Shown piece after piece: positions 1 to 9,473 of a DNA stretch of 9,473 nt. How positions within the stretch are numbered: the stretch's first letter is position 1; each line of letters starts with the position of its first letter. The DNA is taken from NCBI RefSeq assembly GCF_000143415.4, contig NW_003314604.1:1-9473 (forward strand). Direction: 5' to 3'. The position numbers were made by a program, and so were the translations under genes. The notes below the pieces were generated by a model. That model searched no databases, had not been told where the DNA came from, and saw nothing but the letters and a program-made list of their open reading frames with translations. Source of the DNA: Selaginella moellendorffii (lineage: Eukaryota; Plantae; Lycopodiophyta).

Positions 1-110
1 ATCTTTGTGCTCGCAGCACCCATGAATCCTTTCTGTTTCCTACGAAGACTTTAGTAAGAGGAATTAACTTGGGGTGTTTACCCTTTATGTTAGAGGAATC
101 GTGGCCGAAT

Positions 111-308
111 AATAAAACTGTTCTCCCGACAAGCAAAGCTCGTGATCTTGACCGAAACCGGTGGCCTTTGGAGCGAGTGATTTCGACCGAGCCTTGGATA
201 ACATCACCGTCTTCAATCACTAGTGGAAAACCTATCGATCACAAAGAGAGAGAAAAGCTGTTGTCCCCACCTGGAGAGGTTGTCTTTGGCAAATCCAAAG
301 AGTGAACG
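111..308 (-). pseudogene. PRMT10 exon 5/6/7 remnant
   Basis: Degenerate direct copy of about 1961-2208 (ATAAAACTGTTCTCCCGAC, CGAGCCTTGGA, TGGAGAGGTTGTC) plus an exon 5 scrap at 288-308. Confidence 0.8.
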
Positions 309-505
309 AGCATAGGACATGCTATCAAATAAGAAGTCCGGCTGCCTGCGATCAGCTTGAGTTTTCCTACAGGCACTTATATGTCGTGAGCAGAATCGTT
401 CACGACTGCCTGGTGCATCTTTGGTTTCCAAAGATTCTATATTCTATGCATGGGCATATGCTCTAAGCATCTCAGGCATTGATACCAGCGAAGTCCACGG
501 TGACT
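309..505 (-). pseudogene. Heavily deleted inverted PPR remnant
   Basis: The reverse complement matches blocks of 4340-4580 (e.g. GAGATGCTTAGAGCATAT, AGAATATAGAAT, ACGATTCTGCTCAC) and the E-like part (GGACTT..TTTGATAGCAT). Confidence 0.65.
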
Positions 506-681
506 GCCACTGTGCCTTGGCACGTGTCTCAAGCACATTGAGCGTCTCCTAGCCCACGTTATTCACGCAAGGCCTGTCTAATAGCATAAATACATGTCTT
601 CCTCCACACTATAATACATACCACTCTCCTGTTGTTGTTATCTTTGCAGTAGCACGGTTTAATCCTTGCGAAGCAAATCCC

Positions 682-978
682 ATGGACAAGGCAGCAAAGA
701 TCACTCTTGTTCTCACACTCACTGTTGCATTTGCATTTGCCTCACTCGAGTCCACCAATGCTGTTGAGATAGCTCCCAACACAAAGTTTGTGCCGGCTTC
801 TTCTCTTCTCTCATACTTCAGGAGCCTGAAAGAGCTGGAGTGCATGCCGCACTCTCAATGCTGCCCCGACTCCAAGCCCTGCCCATCAGAGGACCAGGAG
901 TGTAAGATCTGTGCCCACACTTATCCTGCACTGTGCTTCTGCACGGACAAACCTGAGCTTAACAAGCTGATGCTGTAA
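682..978 (+). CDS. Secreted 8-Cys peptide, Bowman-Birk inhibitor-like, copy 1 (loop CAHTYPALC)
   Basis: 98-aa intronless ORF: signal peptide (about aa 1-27, ending TNA), spacer, then C-x5-CC-x5-C-x6-C-x2-C-x7-C-x-C. The segment ICAHTYPALCFCTD resembles the soybean BBI second loop ICALSYPAQCFCVD. The ORF is intact in all three copies and has a TATA-like element upstream. Confidence 0.85.
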   Translation: MDKAAKITLVLTLTVAFAFASLESTNAVEIAPNTKFVPASSLLSYFRSLKELECMPHSQCCPDSKPCPSEDQECKICAHTYPALCFCTDKPELNKLML

Positions 979-1258
979 TCTGGAGGTATGCATAACTTAT
1001 CTCATGTTTCTTTATACTCTGTGCTAAGCATTTGTGTGTCCCAGAAGATGGTCTACCTTTGTACACCTTCTGATCTGAAGAGTAGAGTAATAATTTCTTT
1101 ATGTGCCCATTAATGGCTGTGAAGTGCCTATCTCTTTGATAGCCATGAGGTGATCCAAGTCTGTTCAATTCACTAAGACACAAAATTTGTGAAATTGAAG
1201 ATAATACATCAAGCATCAATCTTTGTTGTTTTTCTCTGTGTGACCATGGCAGCCAACA

Positions 1259-1329
1259 TGACTGCTGGTCTACTGGTAGAATAGTACCCTGCCACGGTAT
1301 AAACCCGTGTTCAATTCCCCGACACTTTG
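1259..1329 (+). pseudogene. tRNA-Gly(GCC) pseudogene or tRNA-derived remnant
   Basis: 1266-1321 (TGGTCTACTGGTAGAATAGTACCCTGCCACGGTATAAACCCGTGTTCAATTCCCCG) matches the plant cytosolic tRNA-Gly(GCC) core as recalled, with about 6 mismatches. Anticodon GCC at 1291-1293 sits in a GTACC/GGTAT stem. The acceptor stem does not pair and the T-stem has two mismatches. Confidence 0.85.
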
Positions 1330-1415
1330 GGATGTTTCTCCTTTTTTTGAGTCTCAGAGAGTTCAACTGGGGATTTCTGCTTCAATACAGGCGTTTATAT
1401 TTTAGATATCTACCA

Positions 1416-1866
1416 ATGTAAAGATAAGGCATTTAATCGAGCTCGCTCGCTCTGTTTGGTTTTTGTTGCTACTTCCCTCTTGACAACAAGCTTTTCATCT
1501 GGCAGCATCCGCCCTGACTTGATTGTATTGTCATTAGCATCAATCAAACAAAAAGTACCAGTCTTCACCGATATGGAACGCAGTGCGAGCTGGCTGTGGC
1601 TCCAATCCAGATGCAAACCAGTGGGAATTTCATCATTTTCACGGGCCACCATGACAGCAACTCGAAAGTACGTTCGAGAGGGAAGCTTGATCCTCAAACT
1701 TAGCAACTTTTGGGGGCCATAGATCATCTATGGATCATTAAACCTTTCACGATTGTTTGTCTAAAAGTGCCACTTTTGGATAGCAGCATCCATCCTTTAT
1801 TTTACCCGAAAACTTTAGTACCAGGATGAAAAACGAATTAGTTAATATTCACTTTTAAAAGTCATG
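1416..1866. repeat. Inverted repeat partner of about 5624-6129
   Basis: Reverse-complement anchors GAGCGAGCGAGCT, ATGCTGCCAGATGAAAAGCTTGTTGTCAAG, GTGGCCCGTGAAA and CTTTTAAAAGTGAATATTAACTA. Confidence 0.88.
1445..1793 (-). pseudogene. Degenerate paralog of the MGAASTK gene
   Basis: Begins ATGGATGCTGCTATCCAAAAG at 1793 with an early stop. It then reads MIYGPQKLLSLRIKLPSRTYFRVAVMVARENDEIPTGLHLD...GTFCLIDANDNTIKSGRMLPDEKLVVK. Confidence 0.5.
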
Positions 1867-1928
1867 TACCCTTTCGTGAGTGTCAATGTCTATAGTTTTG
1901 CTTGAAAGAATCAGGAAAATCTTAGTTT

Positions 1929-3510
<1,582 letters not shown>

Positions 3511-3533
3511 CCTCACCGCCACCGCTGCCTGTA

Positions 3534-3613
3534 AAACCCTAGACGACATAGATCCAAAACCCTAGACCCAGACCGTACAGACACGTCACCATACCGTACT
3601 AACACGTCACCAT
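3534..3613 (-). promoter_or_regulatory. Putative PRMT10 promoter/5' elements: two telo-boxes and a duplicated ACACGTCACCAT
   Basis: AAACCCTA at 3534-3541 and 3557-3564; 12-nt direct repeat at 3581-3592 and 3602-3613. Confidence 0.45.
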
Positions 3614-3874
3614 TAAGACATTATCGTTCAAACAGGTCAACTCTCAAACAAGCTTGAGAGTTTTATTATTATTATTATCAGTAGCGAAGTGCGTGGCTAT
3701 CAAAGAAACAGCCACTAATGCACCAATTGCAAAGCGGAAAATACAGAAGACGGGCGACTTATGAAGAATGGAGGAACAAATGTCTTTATGTGTTAAAACT
3801 AAGTGGTTGTGGGACACATAAATGCTTAGCACTGAGTATAAAGAAACATGAGATAAGTTATGCATACCTCCAGA

Positions 3875-4171
3875 TTACAGCATCAGCTTGTTAAGCCCAG
3901 ATTTGTCCGTGCAGAAGCACAGTGCAGGATAAATTTTGGCACAGATCTTACACTCCTGGTCCTCTGATGGGCAGGGCTTGGAGTCGGGGCAGCATTGAGA
4001 GTGCGGCATGCACTCCAGCTCTTTCAGGCTCCTGAAGTATGAGAGAAGAGAAGAAGCCGGCACAAACTTTGTGTTGGGAGCTATCTCAACAGCATTGGTG
4101 GACTCGAGTGAGGCAAATGCAAATGCAACAGTGAGTGTGAGAACAAGGGTGATCTTTGCTGCCTTGTCCAT
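3875..4171 (-). CDS. Secreted BBI-like peptide, copy 2 (loop CAKIYPALC, putative P1 Lys)
   Basis: 297-nt ORF with 6 nt differences from copy 1. The start is placed at 4171 by homology to copies 1 and 3 and by the TATATA at 4237-4242. Confidence 0.85.
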   Translation of the reverse strand: MDKAAKITLVLTLTVAFAFASLESTNAVEIAPNTKFVPASSLLSYFRSLKELECMPHSQCCPDSKPCPSEDQECKICAKIYPALCFCTDKSGLNKLML

Positions 4172-4236
4172 GGGATTTACTTCGCAAGGATTAAACCGTG
4201 CTGCTGCAAGGATAACAACAACAGGAGAGTGGTATG

Positions 4237-4370
4237 TATATAGAGTGGAGGAAGACATGTATTTATACTATTAGACAGGCCTTGCATGAATAACGTGGGC
4301 TAGTTGACGTGCAACTTGAGACACGTGCCAAGGCACAGTGGCGGATAAGATACAGTCATATGCCCACGTG
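4237..4370 (-). promoter_or_regulatory. Putative BBI-like gene promoter: TATA plus ACGT-core boxes
   Basis: TATATA 4237-4242, AACGTG 4292-4297, TGACGT 4305-4310, CACGTG 4322-4327 and 4365-4370. The TATA-like element, AACGTG and the proximal G-box recur in copy 1 (G-box 521-526) and copy 3. Confidence 0.5.
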
Positions 4371-5036
4371 GACTTAGCTGCTTCAGGGGTATTCCCAGGA
4401 TGGGCATCTGGCATCGGCAAAAGGGATCGTTGATGCAATGAATGAGGGGACATTGTCTCTTGGAATGAGATGCTTAGTGCATATTCCCATCCCCAGAATA
4501 TAGAATTTTTTGACAGCACACTTAGAGAGATGCCACAGGTGGACTTGGTCTCGTACGTGGACGATTCTGCTCACAGCATATGCCCAGGCTGGGAATCTCC
4601 ATGACCAGATGACCTGGTATCTTGTATCACGAGCAAGGCACTAACGTTCCACGTGGGGTATTGTGTTAAACATGACACACCCTCGCCTGGTTGACGACAA
4701 GGAAGCTGTTGGAATCAATGCCGTATCGCTACGGAGTGACGTGGAATGCCATGCTTGCCATCCTTAACTACAAATCATAATGAATTTGATGCCCACCAGA
4801 GACACAGCATATGCCCATTCGCGGCATCCAAGGCTCTCCTTTACATTCTCAATTTGGAGGGTGTTAGTCAGGACTAAGTAACATTTATGTGAGCATTCTT
4901 ACAGCATTGAGCCACTCCGGCCTGGTTCAATGGAGTTTGATTATTTTGTGTTTTCAGACAGGTAGACCTGGACTTGTGAATGAACCTTTTTATAGCATGC
5001 TAGGATCAGGGTAAGGTGGCGGTGGCGGCATTCCTG
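4340..5036 (+). pseudogene. Degenerate PLS/E-class pentatricopeptide repeat (PPR) gene remnant
   Basis: Broken frames read DIVSWNEMLSAYS, EMPQVDLVS/WTILLTAYAQAGNL, KLLESMPYRYGVTWNAMLA and LEGVSQD*VTF/SILTALSHSGLV, typical plant S/L2/S2 PPR motifs with stops and frameshifts. Boundaries are approximate. Confidence 0.85.
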
Positions 5037-5289
5037 ATATCCGAGTCAAGTGATTAGCGACCCGGTTGTAAGGGATCGATTGCCCAATGAAACGGTCCAG
5101 GACATTGCTGCTGTGAACTCGCGATTTTCGTTTACTCTTTTTGGAAGCGACAGGCTCTGCTGGCTGGTGTTCACGCTTTCATGATAAAATCCCGCTCTAT
5201 CCCTCTCTCTCTTTCTTTTTGCTAACTCTACTAGTGTGGCTTTCCAGGGGAATTCGTCGAATTCAGCAGAGAAGGAAATCGAGTTGACA
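5037..5289 (+). pseudogene. Inverted PRMT10 fragment (exon 5, intron 5, start of exon 6)
   Basis: Reads PSQVISDPVV, IDCPNETVQDIAAVNSRFSFTLFGSDRLC, the intron end ACTAGTGTGGCTTTCCAG, then GNSSNSAEKEIELT. It is a diverged reverse complement of about 2206-2492. Confidence 0.88.
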
Positions 5290-5294
5290 CTAAG

Positions 5295-5613
5295 GCATGA
5301 TTGCAGATTAAACTATTGTGGAGCACTCATATGCGATGCTAAGAAGCTCTTTGACGCTGCGCCGGTCGAAAGCATTGTGTTGTGGACTTCCGCTGCTTCA
5401 GGGATATTCCCAGGATGCACACAGAGCCCCAAGACTCTCCTTTACATTCAGGGTGTTAGTCGAACATTTATGAGCATTCTTAGAGAACGTTGAGCCTTTG
5501 AAAGAGGTCTGTCAATGCTTTGGATCGATGGAGTTCGATTATGTTGTGGTTTCTAAGGAAGATCACAGTGTATGATTGATGATCTTGGTAAAGCTGGACT
5601 TCTGAACGAGGCT
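5295..5613 (+). pseudogene. Second PPR remnant (C-terminal L2/S2/E-like part)
   Basis: Reads DAKKLFDAAPVESIVLWT, GVSRTFMSIL, FGSMEFDYVVVSKEDH and MIDDLGKAGLLNEA. Paralogous to 4820-5000. Confidence 0.8.
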
Positions 5614-5731
5614 AGCAGCTCTTCATGGCTTTTAAAAGTGAATATTAACTATTTCGTTTTCATACTATTCCTCCTCAGCTCCAGGTATTAAAAGTCTTCG
5701 TGGGTAAACAGAAGGAAGGAATAGAGGATAC

Positions 5732-6096
5732 ATGGGTGCTGCGAGCACAAAGGTCCAGATCACCAATGGCACTGACTATATTGTTGTTCGTCGTGACAGG
5801 TTCAGGATGATCTATGGTGTGAAGCTGGGAGAAGTTTGAGGATCAAGCTTACCTCTCGAACTTACTTTCGAGTTGCTGTCATGGTGGCCCGTGAAATTGA
5901 TGAAATTCCCACTGGTTTGCATCTGGATGTCAGGGACTTGGAGCCCCAGGCAGCGTTCTATATCAGTGAAGAAAATGGCACTTTCTATTTGACAGATGCC
6001 AACGACAATACATTCAAGTCAAGTCGGATGCTGCCAGATGAAAAGCTTGTTGTCAAGTGCTACTTAGTCCAAAAGGGAAGTAGTAACAAAAACTAA
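5732..6096 (+). pseudogene. Frameshifted gene for an unknown ~120-aa protein starting MGAASTK
   Basis: The ATG at 5732 reads MGAASTKVQITNGTDYIVVRRDRFRMIYGVKLGEV*. A 1-nt shift near 5820-5835 joins it to LRIKLTSRTYFRVAVM...KLVVKCYLVQKGSSNKN*. The paralog starting at 1727 keeps MIYG...LRIKL in one frame. Confidence 0.55.
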
Positions 6097-6180
6097 ACAG
6101 AGCGAGCGAGCTTTCCAACGTCTTTACATAAGAGCTGCAAATCCATGTATCTTTGCTTGATATGAGTTGAGTTGAGTGGA

Positions 6181-7210
<1,030 letters not shown>

Positions 7211-7532
7211 AGCCCTAGACCCAGACCGTGCAGACACGTCACAGTTAAGACTGACACATCGTTGTAGTTGTCAACTCTCAAACAAGCTTGAGAGTTTTTT
7301 TATTATTACCAGTAGTGAATGACACAGTACATGTCGTGGCTATCAAAGAAATAACCACTACTAGATCATTTGCAAAGCGGAAAATGCCCAAAATCACATA
7401 GTTTTAGCACATAAAAACATTTATTACTCCATTCTTCAGGTCAGAAGGTGTGCAGCAAGTCGCCCATCTTCTAGGACACACAAATGATTAGCACTGAGTA
7501 TAAAGAAACACGAATTAAGTCATACCTCCAGA

Positions 7533-7829
7533 TTACAGCATCAGCTTGTTAAGCTCAGGTTTGTCCGTGCAGAAGCACAGTGCAGGATAAGTGTGGGCAC
7601 AGATCTTACACTCCTGGTCCTCTGATGGGCAGGGCTTGGAGTCGGGGCAGCATTGAGAGTGCGGCATGCACTCCAGCTCTTTCAGGCTCCTGAAGTATGA
7701 GAGAAGAGAAGAAGCTGGCACAAACTTTGTGTTGGGAGCTATCTCAACAGCATTGGTGGACTCGAGTGAGGCAAATGAAATTGCAACTATGAGTGTGAGA
7801 ACAAAAGTGATCTTTGCTGCCTTCTCCAT
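7533..7829 (-). CDS. Secreted BBI-like peptide, copy 3 (loop CAHTYPALC)
   Basis: 297-nt ORF. The protein is identical to copy 1 except for 5 substitutions in the signal peptide (D2E, L9F, T14I, F17I, A18S). Confidence 0.85.
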   Translation of the reverse strand: MEKAAKITFVLTLIVAISFASLESTNAVEIAPNTKFVPASSLLSYFRSLKELECMPHSQCCPDSKPCPSEDQECKICAHTYPALCFCTDKPELNKLML

Positions 7830-7999
7830 GGGATTTGCTACGCAGGGACTAAACTGTGCTGCTGCAAAGATAGCTACAGAGAGTGGTATGTATATAGAGT
7901 GGAGGAAGACATGTATTTATGCTATTAGACAGGCCTTGCATGAATAACGTGGGCTAGGAGACGTGCAATGTACTTGAGACACGTGCCAAGGCACAGTGG

Positions 8000-8700
8000 C
8001 GGAAAGATACAGTCATATGCCCACGTGGACTTAGCTGCTTCAGGGGTATTCCCAGGATGGGCATCTGGCATTGGCAAAAGGGATCGTTGATGCAATGAAT
8101 GAGAGTGTCTCTTGGAATGAGATGCTTAGAGCATATTCCCATCCCCAGAATATAGAATTTTGGCAGCACACTTAGAGAGATGCCACAGGAGGACTTGGTC
8201 TCGTTCGTGGACGATTCTGCTCACAGCATATGCCCAGGATGGGAATCTCCATGACCAGATGACCTGGTATCTTGTACCACGAGCAAGGCACTAACGTTCC
8301 ATGTGGGGTATTGTGTCAAACATGACACACCCTCGCCTGGTTGACGACAAGGAAGCTGTTGGAATCGATGCCGTATCGCTACGGAGTGACGTGGAATGTC
8401 ATGCTTGCCATCCTTAACTACAAATCATAATGAATTTGATGCCCACCAGAGACACAGCATATGCCCATTCGCGGCATCCAAGGCTCTCCTTTACATTCTC
8501 AATTTGGAGGGTGTTAGTCAGGACTAAGTAACATTTATGTGAGCATTCTTACAGCATTGAGCCACTCCGGCCTGGTTCAATGGAGTTTGATTATTTTGTG
8601 TTTTCAGACATGATTTACGTTCTTGGTAGACCTGGACTTGTGAATGAACCTTTTTATAGCATGCTAGGATCAGGGTAAGGTGGCGGTGGCGGCATTCCTG
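8000..8700 (+). pseudogene. PPR remnant, duplicate of 4340-5036
   Basis: Nearly identical to 4340-5036 and shares most disabling lesions. Confidence 0.85.
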
Positions 8701-8943
8701 ATATCCGAGTCAAGTGATTAGCGACCTGGTTGTAAGAGATCGATTGCCCAATGAAACGGTCCAGGACATTGCTGCTGTGAATTCGCGATTTTCGTTTACT
8801 CTTTTTGGAAGCGACAGGCTCTGCTGGCTGGTGTTCACGCTTTCATGATAAAATCCTGCTCTATCCCTCTCTCTTTCTTTTCGCTAACTCTACTAGTGTG
8901 GCTTTCCTCGAATCCAGCAGAGAAGGAAATCGAGTTGACACCA
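8701..8943 (+). pseudogene. Inverted PRMT10 exon 5-6 fragment, duplicate of 5037-5289
   Basis: Same sequence as 5037-5289, with the exon 6 acceptor deleted. Confidence 0.88.
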
Positions 8944-9299
8944 ATTGTGGAGCACGCATATGCCCGAAATGGACATGAAGCGATGCTAAGAAGCTCCTTG
9001 ACGCTGCGCCGGTCGAAAGCATTGTGTTGTGGACTTCGCTGCTTCAGGGATATTCCCAGGATGCACACAGAGCCCCAAGACTCTCCTTTACATTCTCAAT
9101 TGGAGGGTGTTAGTCGAACATTTATGAGCATTCTTACAGAGCGTTGAGCCACTCAGGTCATTTGAAAGAGGCCTGTCAATACTTTGGATCGATGGAGTTG
9201 GTTTCCAAGGAAGATCACAGTGGTAAAGCTGGACTTGTGAACGAGGCCAAGGACCTGTTTGATAGCATCGCCGTACGATCCGGGTACGGCGGCATTCCT
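8944..9299 (+). pseudogene. PPR remnant, duplicate of 5295-5613
   Basis: Reads AYARNGH, QLEGVSRTFMSILT, LSHSGHLKEACQYFGSME and GKAGLVNEAKDLFDS. Confidence 0.8.
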
Positions 9300-9473
9300 G
9301 ATGGTCGAACTTATATCCGAGCCTGTTGTTGTGAAAGAGATCGATTGCTCCAATGCTGTTAAGTCGCGATTCTCGTTCACTCTTTAGGCTCTGTGGATTT
9401 GCCGGCTACTTTTGTTCTTGCGGATCAGAAATCTCTCCAGCTCTCTTTCCCTCTTCCCTACTCTATTAGTGTG
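9296..9473 (+). pseudogene. Inverted PRMT10 exon 5 and intron 5 fragment, running off the window
   Basis: ATGGTCGAACTTATATCCG, GAGATCGATTGCTCCAATGC, AAGTCGCGATT and AGGCTCTGTGGATTTGCCGGCT all match PRMT10 exon 5, with deletions between them. Confidence 0.85.

Larger units (their letters stand above)
1..1106. repeat. Inverted, deletion-riddled copy of the BBI-PPR-PRMT10 fragment-MGAASTK unit
   Basis: 505-1043 is a high-identity reverse complement of about 3811-4341. Positions 1-56 match the reverse complement of about 5686-5752, and 1045-1106 match that of about 7407-7472. Confidence 0.88.

Noticed and set aside
609-845. Antisense ORFs MHSSSFRLLKYERREE... (also 4008-4274 and 7666-7947)
   Set aside because: They are shadows of the BBI-like CDS; their ends differ between copies and no protein features are evident.
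1259-1329. Functional tRNA-Gly gene
   Set aside because: The acceptor stem cannot pair and the T-stem has two mismatches.
959-1366. 135-aa minus-strand ORF
   Set aside because: Non-ATG start; it spans the tRNA remnant and BBI 3' UTR antisense and has no recognisable motif.
4172-4258. 29-aa N-terminal extension of BBI copy 2 in the ORF track
   Set aside because: The ATG lies upstream of the TATA box and the extension is not kept in frame in the other copies.
8845-9362. ORFs 8845-9147, 9144-9362 and 5236-5493 as functional chimeric proteins
   Set aside because: They are patchworks of PRMT10 intron/exon and frameshifted PPR pieces, and the frames are not conserved between duplicates.

Overview
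Eukaryotic land-plant genomic DNA. Very short GT-AG introns (57-153 nt), S-motif-rich PPR remnants and BBI-like genes suggest a lycophyte such as Selaginella (inference). The window holds one intact 7-exon PRMT10 gene (minus strand, 3510/3549..1929) and a frameshifted, 3'-truncated PRMT10 pseudogene (7210..6181). It also holds three intronless 98-aa secreted Cys-rich genes carrying a Bowman-Birk-type inhibitory loop (682..978 +, 3875..4171 -, 7533..7829 -); the loop reads CAHTYPALC in two copies and CAKIYPALC in one. Other content: PLS/E-class PPR remnants fused to PRMT10 exon 5-6 fragments, a degenerate tRNA-Gly(GCC), and three copies (two broken, one cut by the window edge) of an unrecognised ~120-aa gene starting MGAASTK. 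The locus is built from a ~3.65-3.7 kb-period tandem duplication plus inverted duplications. All alignments were done by eye.
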